This document shows, in pieces, positions 13,876 to 28,599 of a stretch of DNA of 64,000 nucleotides (positions are counted from its first letter, which is position 1; the number at the start of each line of letters is the position of its first letter). The notes below the pieces were generated by a model. It did no database searches. It saw nothing but the letters and a program-made list of their open reading frames with translations, and was not told where the DNA came from. The DNA is from Eledone cirrhosa. Its lineage: Eukaryota. A program made the translations under genes and the position numbers. The stretch is from the NCBI GenBank assembly GCA_964016885.1, contig OZ024742.1, positions 285,448,001 to 285,512,000 on the forward strand. Reading direction: 5' to 3'.

Positions 13876-14638
13876 CTTCAACATACTGTGTTATTTGCTT
13901 TATTATTTCTATTTACGTTTTACATACATATTTACAATTAGCTTGACTGGGATCATTTGATAGTTCAATGACTTCGACATTGATACAATGTATTGCCGCT
14001 GACAGGAAACGAACTGTCAAATGTCTGCTGGAAGTTGAACACCATACCAAGCCGGCGGCTAGATGCAACTTTATAAAGAACATCAACAACGGAATCCATT
14101 TTCAAAATAAACTAAAAGAAATAAAGAAAAGAAACGAGAAATGACTAAAAATAAATGGCATAGAAAGACTTCTGTTCTGAATAGTCAAAGAGTGTTTGTT
14201 TTGTCGTTCGTATATTACTGTAGTCTCTGCCAACACGAGGAGCTACTAGGGCACGTGCTTTAAGTAAATGGCTGTCAATCAAAGACGAGGGGTGGGAAAG
14301 TAGAAACCCTTTACATAATATCCGTTTAATGTAACCAATACAACGAACTATTTGGAAAAGAAAAAGGTCATTTCTATCAATCTGCATGTCAGTTCGTTTT
14401 CCCACTGTCTAGCATTATAGTATCCATTCCGTTATTGTAATGATGTTTTTTGATAGTTCTTTTGAATAGGAAACGAAGTGTCCAAAAACTTTTCAAGTTC
14501 TCTTAAATTGGGGCCGGGGTCAACTAGAAAAGTTTAGTTCTGATGATGATGATCAAATTGAATCGTAAAGGTCGAAGGTTAAGACAGAAAAATGAAACAG
14601 GAAGAAAGTAAAGTGCAATGGACGAATAATTGTGATGC

Positions 14639-14721
<83 letters not shown>

Positions 14722-14899
14722 CAGGCCCTGATATGCTAGTCATGGTGAGAGGAATGTTCGTGGATGCATCAGCTAAGTTTAAGAAGAGCAAAAGAAACTG
14801 CAAGTTCAACTGAGGAGAAACCAATGTAATAGTAAAAAGGAGAAAAAATAACGTTGGTTTGTGAAAGTTTGTTTTAACTTTTTAGAAATCGTTCGATAA

Positions 14900-15075
14900 T
14901 GGTTTCTAATTTTGGCACAAGGCCAGCAATTTTGGGGAAGGCAACGTTGTTTATATCGACCCCAATACTTAACTGATAGTTTATTTAATTGATCTCGGAA
15001 GTATAAAAGGGAAAGTTGACCTCGGCAGGATTTGAATTCAGAACGTAAAGTGATGGAACAAATATGCTAAGCATA
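14900..15075 (-). mobile_element. SINE family A
   Basis: Degraded core match. Confidence 0.75.
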
Positions 15076-15184
15076 TATAAGGACATATATAAGGACGCAT
15101 TGCGAATGAGAAGTGCCAACAGATTTAACTAAATAAAATATGAGGACATAAAATTATATACTGTACATGTGCACATATACACAC

Positions 15185-15217
<33 letters not shown>

Positions 15218-15225
<8 letters not shown>

Positions 15226-15654
15226 TAAGAGGAATTCCAACTTTGTCTGATTTACTCGTTTTATTTACAATCCTTTAAAATATATAATGGTATTATAATG
15301 AAATAGTATGATAGAATATTAAATTCTAAGTGTTAATTGAACAAGTACTTTCATGCTTTCGCAATCTTCAGGTTCATAATATGTGGTGACAGTCGAGTTT
15401 GCAATTTTCAACTGTTGAAAATTGCAAACTCGACTGTCACCACATATTATGAACCTGAAGATTGCGAAAGCATGAAAGTACTTGTTCAATTAACACTTAG
15501 AATTTAATATTCTATCATACTATTTCATTATAATACCATTATATATTTTAAAGGATTGTAAATAAAACGAGTAAATCAGACAAAGTTGGAATTCCTCTTA
15601 TTAATATAATCTTCTATACACAATCATACACACCCGTGTATATTTACCTATCTA

Positions 15655-15655
<1 letters not shown>
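15218..15655. mobile_element. Perfect ~390-bp palindromic element with a hammerhead on each strand, in (TA)n
   Basis: Arms 15218-15412 and 15414-15608 around a single centre base at 15413; ~45-nt extension on the right only. Confidence 0.9.
15450..15488 (+). ncRNA. Minimal type I hammerhead ribozyme (mirror copy 15338-15376, minus strand)
   Basis: TGAAC-CTGAAGA-T TGC GAAA GCA T-GAAA-GTAC-TT-GTTCA; palindromic GTAC in stem III. Confidence 0.8.
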
Positions 15656-15710
<55 letters not shown>

Positions 15711-15713
<3 letters not shown>

Positions 15714-16072
15714 AAAGAGTGAAGAATAACATGGTAGGCTGTACAAAAAGGGTTTTAATTACAGTATTAACAGTTGTTTCATTGATCAGGTGAGTCTAAA
15801 GGCTGCTAATCACTCGAAGTTGCGTCACTCGACCTTAAAATGTGTGTCTCTGATCAATGAAACAATTGTTAATACTGTAAATAAACCCTTTTTGTACTGT
15901 TGACCATGTTATTCTTCACTCTTTCACTACTATTACTCCAAGAATAACATACATGAGAATTCTAACTAAGAAAACCTCTTGTTGAGTCAAACAACGCCGT
16001 ACGTTTAAACTATCCATAATACAGAGTACTCACAATCTCTAACTGGATTACCTAAAACGATAACTTGTTATC

Positions 16073-16076
<4 letters not shown>
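15711..16076. mobile_element. Fold-back element between (TA)n tracts with long right extension
   Basis: Arms 15712-15789 and 15850-15926; extension end (TTGTTGAGTCAAAC...TTGTTATCCC) is homologous to 32350-32458. Confidence 0.75.
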
Positions 16077-16160
<84 letters not shown>

Positions 16161-16306
16161 ATACTTTGGGAGGGTCATGTTGCCAATAAGAAACACACGT
16201 TCCAGTTGCTTTCACTTCAATTTATTATAATAAATTTATAAATTTAGGAATTTATAAATTTCCGGTTGGTTGGTTGGTTCCACAACCAGATGATTGTTTA
16301 TATATT

Positions 16307-16349
16307 GTCAAAGTTCTTTCGTCACACATTCTGTGACCTCTTCAGTGAC
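16307..16349 (-). ncRNA. Minimal hammerhead ribozyme in PLE pLTR
   Basis: GTCA-CTGAAGA-GGTCAC..GTGAC-GAAA-GAAC-TT-TGAC. Confidence 0.75.
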
Positions 16350-16558
16350 TGGGGATCCTTTTCTTTGTTTTTGTGCCTCTCCTTTGTTCTGTCCTACGCC
16401 ATCTTGTTTTTGTGTGTGTGTTGTGTGCTTAGTTTGCGCATGTGTTACATCCGGGTGTCTGTGTGTGTTTATATTCGTTTATTTATTTGTTTATTTGTTT
16501 ATTTACATGTTACTGGTTGGTTGTTTGTTCTATGTGCGTGTGTGTTTTCATTTTGTCC

Positions 16559-18845
16559 TTAATTGTAAGTTGTGATGTTGCTGTTCCACTCATGTTTTCT
16601 ATTTAATTTTGGTTGGAGTTCATTTATGTTTATTGCCTCTGTGATTTGTCTAAACATTGCATCTTTTCTGTGTGTAGATTCTATTTTTATTTCTATGTTC
16701 TCTAATTTACCCTTATGTTCTATTTTAGCATGTTGGTAGAGTACATGTGATTCTTTTCTATCTTGAAGGTCTCGCCAGTGTTCATTTATCCGTTCCCCTA
16801 TACTACGAGCTGTCTCACCCATGTACACTATATTTTTATCTCTACATTGTCCTTCAGTACATCTTATGCTATATACTACATTTCTAGTTTTACAGTTAAT
16901 ATGGGGGCTTAATTTACAGATTATACATTTCTTATCTATACAGGGAGGTCTTTGAAAAGGGTATGTATTGCTAATAAGTGTTTTTATGGAGGTACCTGGT
17001 CTTTCTACTATCTTAATATTGAGTTTATGTTTATCTAGGGCCCTTCTAAATTTGTAAGCTAATTCACCTCTAGGGGTTGTATCGATGAACATTACACTCT
17101 GATATTTATTGCTATCATACTATGAGTTTATTCTATTAGCCTTATTCCTAGTTCTTTCTATTCTATTCCAAAATTTGCTCCTATACAAGTGGCAGGTCCC
17201 ATTTGTGTCGTTATTTACCATTTTTTTCCATTTGGTTCTGGCTCCTCTATATACTCTGATTTTATCTCTCTGATTGTAACCAGAGAACTGCATACGGTGG
17301 ATTAATTGTTGTATGTGTCTCTCTAGTTCTTCGGGGTTGCACATGCGGGACACGTTTCTCATCACCCGTACCAAATCCGCAATCAGTATGTTGATTTTGG
17401 TATGGTCCGAAACAGCTGAGTTTCGGTGCATCAGGTATTTGGAAGTCATGGGTTTGGCATAATGGGAATGGAGGATTTGTTTTTTGTTATTGATGGTATC
17501 TAACCAGAGCTCTGTGTCTAGTACAGGTGATCGATGGTTGGGGTGTTTGCTTGGGTAGTCTATAGTAACTCTAATACTCTGGTGGATGGAGTTAGCTATT
17601 TGCTGGATGCTTTCCATTGTGTTTTTCTCTAACTCCTGACTGTTCTTTAGTGGGGTGTTTTAACTACGATGTTTATATCATCAACGTAGCGGGAGAACAT
17701 TATCAGGGTTAAGGGGTCTTCTAATTGTTCTTTAAGTTTAAGTTTAAGTCTACTGTCCCACCATACCATGAATAGGTTAGCTATGTCGCCTGCAATGCTA
17801 ACACCAATGGCTGCTCCCTCCTCTTGGGCATATGTTTTTCCATTAAATTTGAACATATGTTCCTTAAGGGTTAATTTTATGCTGCCCCCCACCGCATGTG
17901 CAATCATTTTATTTAGTTCATCGAGGTTTTCGGGGGTCCGCATGGCTCTGGTCCACCGTTCCATCTATCTGTGTGGGTTTTCTTGGCCATTGAGGTAATG
18001 GTAGGTGGTCTGCCTCTTGTAGGGCACAGGTTGCTAAGGCCATATGTATCTAGATAATTATTACTATAGGTAAGTTTAAGTAGGAGTCCCAGCTCACTGG
18101 TATCAATCCCACGGAATTCAACATTGCTCTCACTGATCATTTCTACGCATTTCTCCACAGCAAAATCCACGTCAATAGATGGATACAGGGACACAACATC
18201 CATACTACCTATTATGCAGTTTGTTAGGTCCCTAGATCGGTTACTCTCGCCGATTCTGCTGAGGAGGTCCTCCGTGCTGTCACATACATCTGGGGAAATT
18301 TCAATGATGGGGAGTATGATCAGGGAGAGGAAGTATGAAAGTCTGTAGTTACTAGCAATGTTAGCTCCACAGACTGGCCGTGTTGGTGGTCCTGTGACAG
18401 GGTCACTGCTCGTTTTATGGTCTTTTCGAAGCCCATACAACGCTGGCACGTCATTGTTCCAGGCCTGGAAGTTGTTGGCAGTCCTTTTATTGGGCTGCAT
18501 TATATTTGTCCACATCATCATATGGGCATTGAGGGCTTTTTCCCTATCCTCATGCTCTTGTGGTGTTACTTCTCTTGTGTTAGTGATGTGGGGTTGCATT
18601 GACTTGATGTAGTTTGGCAGACTGTCAACCGACATTCTGCCAGACTTGTCTGTTGGAAAGCATGCAATCTCTCCATTACGCGAGCGCTGCATGAGCTTAC
18701 GCAAGCCATTTGCAGATTTTTCTCCCAGTTGCTGAGCCTCCATTCTATTATGCTTCTTGCTATACTGTTCTATAATATTTCTAAGTTTAGATCTAGCTAT
18801 ACTAAATTGTGCTTCTGTTTGTTCATCGACCTGTTTGTTCATCGA

Positions 18846-18847
<2 letters not shown>
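16559..18847 (-). pseudogene. PLE RT-GIY-YIG ORF broken into four pieces
   Basis: ORFs 17913-18932 (its N-terminus is TA artefact), 17647-17964, 17120-17617 and 16559-17092; two frameshifts and one TAG. Confidence 0.9.
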
Positions 18848-19356
<509 letters not shown>

Positions 19357-19362
19357 CACATA

Positions 19363-20047
<685 letters not shown>

Positions 20048-20654
20048 TATATATATATATATATATATACACACGTGTGTATGTGTGCACGTGTACAGTA
20101 TATAATTTTATGTCCTTACTTTCATATTTTATTTAGATGAATCTGTTGTCACTTCTCATTCGCAATGCGTCCTTTCTATTTGGCGTGAATAGAAAGTTTG
20201 CTTTTATCATACGGGCGACAATTGCTTTTGGTAAGAATCGGAGCAAATGAACAAAGTATATGTGTAGGCAATGTAGTACAACCGAAATCACAGAAGATGT
20301 CTTCAGCAATATGGCCGTGTTATTAATACTGAATAATCTAGTGTTGCTGTGTTGGGCAGAGTTTAAGTTTCCAGTAGTAAAGAAAAACAGCAATCTGTTG
20401 CTTGTCTTATACCATACCAAAATGGCGTCATACCGTAAATTTCTCATTATGATATTCAACTGTATAAAGACATTGTCTGACTGTGTTAGTTGGAAGGTAG
20501 TTCAATATAGAGGCTGACCCCCCCCCCCACACACACACACATATATAATATGTGTGTTAATGTCTAAAGCTATTATTTCACCCGTATCTCTGCCTGTCTA
20601 TCTAACACATATAAGAAGATAATGACAGATATTATGGAAGAGAGAGAGAGCGAG

Positions 20655-20692
<38 letters not shown>

Positions 20693-20859
20693 AAATATGG
20701 AAAAATGACCAACGTGAAAAATGACCAAGGGAAAAAAATGAATGTACAAATGAAGATAACGTGTCTGAACAGTGATGACACTCGGTCAAAATAATTGTTT
20801 AAGGAAACAAACGGCAGCCATGATGTTTCTTCGTAGAGACAAATAACATACAGATACAT

Positions 20860-21250
20860 ACAGAGAATCATGGACGTAAACATACACATACACAAATAAA
20901 GATGAATATATAGAGAGAATTACGGACTTAAAACATACACACACATTCACAAATACATACAGATACATACACAGAATGACAGACTTAAAACATACACATA
21001 TTCACAAATACATACACAGAATCACGGACTTAAAACATACACACATACATTCACAAATACATACAGATACATACACAGAATGACAGACTTAAAACATACA
21101 CATATACACAAATACATACATATATATACACAGAATCACGGACTTAACACACTCACATATTCACAAATACATACAGATACATACACAGAATGACGGACTT
21201 AAAACATACACATTCATAAATAGATACATATATATACACAGAATCACGTA
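20860..21250. repeat. Degenerate tandem repeat of about 45-60 bp
   Basis: Recurring GACTTAAAACATACAC...CACAAATACATACA...CAGAAT. Confidence 0.8.
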
Positions 21251-21438
21251 TTCACTAATAAATGTATTATTACACACACACACGCACACATGTTAACACA
21301 CTGACAACTATCCTATTACATACACAGCCAGAAAGAGAAGAAAACAAAACAGAAGAAGTGGGTGGACAAGAAGGGAGAAACATAATCTGCTTCACTTTCA
21401 CAGATGCAAACATGTAAATACGGTAACTTAAAAGCTCA

Positions 21439-21477
<39 letters not shown>

Positions 21478-21754
21478 GCGCGTTCATGCGCATACTTAGG
21501 TACACACGGAGATATACATATATGCAGTAAAATCGATTTTCCTTCTTCAGGTAAATTAACACAGGAAGATTAATTTTTAATGCTTTTTTTATATTATCTT
21601 CCATTTTTTTTTCTTTGAGAAACTTTAACAATTCCCGCAGGCACTTTGTTTTACTTCTCCCAAATAAAAGAGAAATATTCCAATTAAGGAGTTTTGAGAG
21701 TTTCACACAGACTGAACCAACAAGTTTTAGAGCTTCTTGGTGTTAATGGAACTG

Positions 21755-21818
<64 letters not shown>

Positions 21819-22289
21819 AAGTTGAGTCATTCAGTGCATCATCCTTAGTAGTTCTTCTTCGTCGTCGGCTTCGTCGGCTTCTTCTTCTTCTTCTTCTTCT
21901 TCTTCTTCTTCTTCTTCTTCTTCTTCTTCTTCTTCTTCTTCTTCTTCTTCTTCTTCTTCTTCTTCTTCTTCGCCCACTTATTCCCGACAGGAAATTATCT
22001 AAACCCATTCCATTGGCTCCTTTAGGGTTATTCCCCTTTGATAATTTTATGTTCTAATTATCTCACATGGTTTTAATAATAATTTGATACTTTTATTGCC
22101 GTTATCTCACATGGTTTAATCGACAAAGCTGAGCTTTCCAAATAATCTGTTGTGTCACTTTAGTGTGTCAGAGATAATCCCTGGGTGTGCCACCAGAGCC
22201 AAAAATGGTGTGTTACCAATACGAAAAGGGTGTGTCACCAATGTCAAAAGGGTGTGTCACCAGTGCCAAAACGATGTGTCGTAGGGGAT

Positions 22290-22570
22290 CTGTAGTGGCA
22301 TATGGCGTTTCTAGAGCATATTTAAACCTAGCGGAGCCCATCCGCTCTCCAGGTAGATTTCTTCCAGAGAAGGATAAAAAGTGAGAGAATGGAAGTGGGA
22401 AAGAGATATATAGGAAGAATCGACCCCAGTATTAAACTGGTACTTTTTATCGACCTCGAATGGATAAAAGGACTTGGAAAGGATCTGAACTCAGCGAGCA
22501 GAGAGTAGAACCGAATGTCACAAAGCATTCTATCTGACGTTCTAACGACTCTGCCAATCCACCGTCAGTT
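22290..22570 (-). mobile_element. SINE family A with long tail
   Basis: Core plus tail GCGGAGCCCAT..CTCTCCAGGT..TTCCAGAGAAGGATA shared with 52110-52420; inverse orientation at 10040-10380 and 55160-55470. Confidence 0.7.
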
Positions 22571-22639
22571 CTTATGTTAAAGATGTAGAAATACTACTAT
22601 TAGGGATATTGGTGATCTCCTGTTGAGTTCGTGGTGTTT

Positions 22640-23330
22640 GGTTATAAAGTGGTGGTGGTGGTGGTGGTGGTGGAACTGGCACTGTTAATAGTAACAAACA
22701 GTAATAGTGATGGGGATGGTGGTGGCGGCTCTAACGGTGGTGATGGTGGTAATGGGGTGACGATGGTGACGGTATCAGTAGTGGTGGTGGTGATGGTGTT
22801 GACGGCGGCGGCAGTGGTGGTGGTAGTAGTGGTGGTAGTGGGGGTGACGGTGGTAATGGCGTTAGTGGTGGTGGTGATGGTGATAGTGGTGGTGGTGGTG
22901 ATGGTGTTGGCGGCGGTGGTGGTGGTGGTGGTGGTGGTGGTAGTGGGGTGGTAGTGGTGGTGGTGATGGGGGGGGGGGGTGACGGCGGTGGCGGTAGCAG
23001 TAGTGGTGGTAGTGATGGTATTGACGGTGGCGGCGGTGGCGGCGGTGGTGGTGGTGATGGGGGCTGTGGGGGAGGGGGGATGATGGTTGTGACGGTAGTA
23101 ATGGCGATAGTGGTGGTGATGGTGGTAGTGGTGGTGATGATGATGATGGTAGCAGTAGTGGTGGTGGTGACGGTCGTGATGGTGGTAATGGCGGTAGTGG
23201 TGGTGGTGATGATGTTGACGGCGGCGGTGGGGCGGTGGTAATGGCGTTAGTGGTGGTGGTGATGGTAGTGGTGATGGTGGTGGTGATGGTGGTGGTGATG
23301 GTGGTAGTGGTGGTGGTGATGGTGGGGGTA
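22640..23330. repeat. Degenerate (GGT)n trinucleotide tract
   Basis: Direct observation. Confidence 0.9.
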
Positions 23331-23607
23331 CGAATGATTATGATGGATGTTATTTGTCGTTTGTTGATGTTTGCTCTATAATCCTCCCCTCCCCTTCTCA
23401 TTATATTCCCTCCATTCAGTTCCCTCTATTCCATTCTACTCTGTCTCTAAATTCTCCCCCTCTCTCACAAGGAGTCAAACTCTTTACCTTATCTCTTAAT
23501 CTCTTATCCTTTTCCCCGAACACAATCTCTCTTCCCCCTCCACATCTGCTCCCACTTCACTCCTTCATTCTCTCTTACCTACATATATATATATATGTCT
23601 GTCTAGC

Positions 23608-23650
<43 letters not shown>

Positions 23651-23706
23651 ATGTATGTTTGTGTATATATATATATATTTTTTTTAATATAGAAGAGCTT
23701 CTACAG

Positions 23707-23743
23707 GACTAGAACTGTTTCATTCGTGAGAAATCATCAGGTT
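23707..23743 (-). ncRNA. Hammerhead-like motif
   Basis: AAC-CTGATGA-T TTC tcac GAA T-GAAA-CAGTTC-TA-GT; partial copies at 40283-40315 and 44653-44685. Confidence 0.5.
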
Positions 23744-23772
23744 GCCTCCGATTCAATCCGAATAACTTACCT

Positions 23773-23806
<34 letters not shown>

Positions 23807-23857
23807 GTGTGTGTGTATATATGTATGTACATATATCAAGATATATGTATATCAATG

Positions 23858-23901
<44 letters not shown>

Positions 23902-24199
23902 ATGGATGACATATATATATATATATATAATGGATGACATATGAGTGGAGACAAAGTAGTGTGTGGATGACTTCTTTAAAAGTGTCATTTGTGAAGATAA
24001 TATAAAGAAGCAAATATGTAAAAACATGATTGATGATCGAGTGTTGTGATGTGGAATGGTGTGTTGTGTTGTGTTGTGATGTGGTGTGGAATGGTGTGTT
24101 GTGTTGTGTTGTGATGTGGTGTGGAATGGTGTGAAGTAGTGTGGTGTTGTAGTATAGTTATGTGGTAGTACAGTGGTGCTCAACAGCATATAACAGCAA

Positions 24200-25160
24200 C
24201 TCAACAGCATATATCAAAACAGACTTGGGAACTACACGCTGTATAGACATCTTGAAAGGAGTTAAGTAGTGGGGTGTACTATCAGCACTTCTTTTCTGTA
24301 TAGTTATAGCTGCATTTATTTACCAAACTGAAGAAGAATGCTCCTCTGGCTATCAAATAGGAGGTAAAATCCTATCAAAGCTATGCAGACGATCTGGCCA
24401 TCATGAGTTACTCTAGAACTGATCTGTAAGACTTTCAGAATGTACTGGCCAAACATTCGCCGGAGGCTGGCTTACACAGCAACATCTCCAAAACAAAATG
24501 TCTGACAACTGATAAAAACAATGCCAATCTCCAACTCACAATCTCCAAACAGCAAATTACTCAAGTTACGGAGTTTGTATATCTCGGTCACAAACTATCA
24601 TCAAACAATGGAATGGTGGCTGCGCAATATCGAATCGCTCTAGGTTGGTCAGCTTTCAACAAGAACAAAGAAGTACTAACATCAAAACGAGTTTCCTACC
24701 ATTTGAAGGCTAAGATCTTTGATACTTACATCCTATCAGTTGTGTTATATTGTCTTGGCTGTATTAATTGGACGACAAGGTTACTTCAGAAGCTCTCTAC
24801 ATTCCAGAACCACATCATGAGACTTATGACTGGCAAGCGGCTCAGCGACCGTATCTATTTCAGTGAGCTGCTCAACATTACCAAACTTAGACCAATTACA
24901 TCAATTGTCAAGTCAAGAGTACTCAAACTATACGGCCATATAAAAAGATCAACCCGTGGTGTGAGTAGGTTATGCCTGGAAGGAAGGTTAGCTGGTAAGA
25001 GAAGCAGAGGCTGGCAGCCAAAACGATGGCTTGACAATGTCAGTTTATGGACTGGACTTGATCCTTGCTCTTTGAACTCTGCTTGCTGGTGATCGAACTT
25101 TGTGGAGAGAGGTATCACATATTAATGCACAGTCTGCAACTGGTGGAGTTTAGCGTCACA
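24200..25160 (+). pseudogene. RTE-clade LINE, 3' part of RT ORF, degraded
   Basis: YADDLAI near 24382, NISKTK, EFVYLG, RIALGW, YGHIKR, GKRSRG..PKRWLD (ORF 24613-25092). Confidence 0.8.
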
Positions 25161-25164
25161 AGAA

Positions 25165-28100
25165 GAGTGGTGCTGGAGTGTGGTAGTAGAGTGGTGCTGG
25201 AGTGTGGTAGTAGAGTGGTGCTGGAGTGTGGTAAGGCGGTAGTAGAGTGATGCTGGAGTGTGGTAGTGTGGTAGTAGAGTGGTGCTGGAGTGTGGTAGTA
25301 GAGTAGTGCTGGGGTGTGGTAGTAGAGTGGTGCTGGAGTGTGGTCGTGTGGTAGTAGAGTGGTGATGGAGTGTGGTAGTGTGGTAGTAGAGTGATGCTGG
25401 AGTGTGGTAGTGTGGTAGTAGAGTGATGCTGGAGTGTAGTAGTGTTGTAGTAGAGTGGTGCTGGAGTGTGGTAGTGTGGTAGTAGAGTGGTGCTGGAGTG
25501 TGGTAGTGTGGTAGTAGAGTGATGCTGGAGTGTAGTAGTGTGGTAGTAGAGTGGTGCTGGAGTGTGGTAGTGTGTTAGTAGAGTGATGCTGGAGTGTAGT
25601 AGTGTGGTAGTAGAGTGATGCTGGAGTGTAGTAGTGTGGTAGTAGAGTGGTGCTGGAGTGTAGTAGTGTGGTAGTAGAGTGGTGCTGGAGTGTGGTAGTG
25701 TGGTGCTGGAGTGTGGTAGTGTGGTAGTAGAGGGATGCTGGAGTGTGGTAGTGTGGTAGTAGAGTGGTGCTGGAGTGTAGTAGTGTGGTAGTAGAGTGGT
25801 GCTGGAGTGTGGTAGTGTGTTAGTAGAGTGATGCTGGAGTGTAGTAGTGTGGTAGTAGAGTGGTGCTGTAGTGTGGTAGTTTGGTAGTATAGTGGTGCTG
25901 GAGTGTGGTAGTGTGGTAGTAGAGTGGTGCTGGAGTGTGGTAGTTTGGTAGTATAGTGGTGCTGGAGTGTGGTAGTGTGGTAGTAGAGTGGTGCTGGAGT
26001 GTGGTAGTTTGGTAGTATAGTGGTGCTGGAGTGTGGTAGTGTGGTAGTAGAGTGGTGCTGGAGTGTGGTAGTGTGGTAGTACAGTGATGCTGGAGTGTGG
26101 TAGTGTGGTAGTAGAGTGGTGCTGGAGTGTGGTAGTGTGGTAGTAGAGTGATGCTGGAGTGTAGTAGTGTGGTAGTAGAGTGGTGCTGGAGTGTGGTAGT
26201 AGAGTGGTGCTGGAGTGTGGTAGTGTGGTAGTAGAGTGGTGCTGGAGTGTGGTAGTGTGGTAGTAGAGTGGTGCTGGAGTGTGGTAGTTTGGTAGTATAG
26301 TGGTGCTGGAGTGTGGTAGTGTGGTAATAGAGTGGTGCTGGAGTGTGGTAGTTTGGTAGTATAGTGGTGCTGGAGTGTGGTAGTGTGGTAGTAGAGTGGT
26401 GCTGGAGTGTGGTAGTGTGGTAGTAGAGTGATGCTGGAGTGTAGTAGTGTGGTGCTGGAGTGTAGTAGTGTGGTAGTAGAGTGGTACTGGAGTGTAGTAG
26501 TGTGGTAGTAGAGTGGTGCTTGAGTGTGGTAGTGTGGTAGGTAGTAGAGTGGTACTGGAGTATAGTAGTGTGGTAGTAGAGTGGTGCTGGAGTGTGGTAG
26601 TGTGGTAGTAGAGTGGTGCTGGAGTGTGGTAGTGTGGTAGTAGAGTGGTGCTGGAGTGTAGTAGTGTGGTAGTAGAGTGGTACTGGAGTGTAGTAATGTG
26701 GTAGTAGATTGGTGCTGGAGTGTGGTAGTGTGGTAGTAGAGTGGTGCTGGAGTGTAGTAGTGTGGTAGTAGAGTGGTACTGGAGTATAGTAGTGTGGTAG
26801 TAGAGTGGTGCTGGAGTGTAGTAATGTGGTAGTAGATTGGTGCTGGAGTGTGGTAGTGTGGTAGTAGAGTGGTGCTGGAGTGTAGTAGTGTGGTAGTAGA
26901 GTGGTACTGGAGTGTAGTAGTGTGGTAGTAGAGTGGTGCTGGAGTGTGGTAGTAGAGTGGTACTGGAGTGCGGTAGTGTGGTAGTAGAGTGATGCTGGAG
27001 TGTAGTAGTGTGGTAGTAGAGTGGTACTGGAGTGTAGTAGTGTGGTAGTAGAGTGGTGCTGGAGTGTGGTAGTAGAGTGGTGCTGGAGTGTGGTAGTAGA
27101 GTGGTGCTGGAGTGTGGTAGTGTGGTAGTAGAGTGGTGCTGGAGTGTGGTAGTGTGGCAGTAGAGTGGTGCTGGAGTGTGGTAGTGTGGTGCTGGAGTGT
27201 GGTAGTGTGGTAGTAGAGTGATGCTGGAGTGTGGTAGTTTGGTAGTAGAGTGGTGCTGGAGGGTAGTAGAGTGGTACTGGAGTGTAGTAGTGTGGTAGTA
27301 TAGTGGTGCTGGAGTGTGGTAGTGTGGTAGTAGAGTGGTACTGGAGTGTAGTAGTGTGGTAGTAGAGTAGTACTGGAGTGTAGTAGTGTGGTAGTATAGT
27401 GGTGCTGGAGTGTGGTAGTAGAGTGGTGCTGGAGTGTGGTAGTGTGGTAGTAGAGTGGTACTGGAGTGTAGTAGTGTGGTAGTAGAGTGGTGCTGGAGTG
27501 TAGTAGTGTGGTAGTAGAGTGGTACTGGAGTGTAGTAGTGTGGTAGTAGAGTGGTGCTGGAGTGTAGTAGTGTGGTAGTAGAGTGGTACTGGAGTGTAGT
27601 AGTGTGGTAGTATAGTGGTGCTGGAGTGTGGTAGTAGAGTGGTGCTGGAGTGTGGTAGTGTGGTAGTAGAGTGATGCTGGAGTGTAGTAGTGTGGTGCTG
27701 GAGTGTAGTAGTGTGGTAGTAGAGTGGTACTGGAGTGTAGTAGTGTGGTAGTAGAGTGGTGCTTGAGTGTGGTAGTGTGGTAGTAGAGTGGTGCTGGAGT
27801 GTGGTAGTGTGGTAGTAGAGTGATGCTGGAGTGTAGTAGTGTGGTAGTATAGTGGTGCTGGAGTGTGGTAGTAGAGTGGTGCTGGAGTGTGGTAGTGTGG
27901 TAGTAGAGTGATGCTGGAGTGTAGTAGTGTGGTAGTAGAGTGGTACTGGAGTGTAGTAGTGTGGTAGTAGAGTGGTGCTTGAGTGTGGTAGTGTGGTAGT
28001 AGAGTGGTGCTGGAGTGTGGTAGTAGAGTGGTGCTGGAGTGTGGTAGTGTGGTAGTAGAGTGATGCTGGAGTGTAGTAGTGTGGTAGTATAGTGGTGCTG

Positions 28101-28560
28101 GAGTGTGGTAGTAGAGTGGTGCTGGAGTGTGGTAGTGTGGTAGTAGAGTGATGCTGGAGTGTAGTAGTGTGGTAGTATAGTGGTGCTGGAGTGTAGTAGT
28201 GTGGTAGTAGAGTGATGCTGGAGTGTAGTAGTGTGGTAGTAGAGTGGTGCTGGAGTGTGGTAGTGTGGTAGTATAGTGGTGCTGGAGTGTAGTAGTGTGG
28301 TAGTATAGTGGTGCTGGAGTGTGGTAGTAGAGTGGTGCTGGAGTGTAGTAGTGTGGTAGTATAGTGGTGCTGGAGTGTGGTAGTGTGGTAGTAGAGTGGT
28401 GCTGGAGTGTAGTAGTGTGGTAGTATAGTGGTGCTGGAGTGTAGTAGTGTGGTAACATAGTGGTGCTGGAGTGTAGTAGTGTGGTAGTAGAGTGGTACTG
28501 GAGTGTAGTAGTGTGGTAGTATAGTGGTGCTGGAGTGTAGTAGTGTGGTAGTATAGTGGT
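25165..28560. repeat. 3.4-kb minisatellite built from 8-bp modules (32-, 24- and shorter units)
   Basis: GTAGTAGA-GTGGTGCT-GGAGTGTG-GTAGTGTG; explains the 1100-aa and 1021-aa pseudo-ORFs. Confidence 0.95.
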
Positions 28561-28599
28561 GTTGAAGAGTAGTTGTTAAGATAGAGTCTGGTTGAAAGC

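Larger units (their letters stand above)
16155..18847 (-). mobile_element. Penelope-like retroelement (Neptune-like), 5'-truncated, in (TA)n
   Basis: RT (PTDKSGR, RPVCGA, GSMDVVSLYPSI, QEEGAAIG, RYVDD, PVLD), Cys-rich linker and GIY-YIG (NVVYSIRC..YMGETARS..ERINEH); pLTR-like 3' end with hammerhead. Confidence 0.93.
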
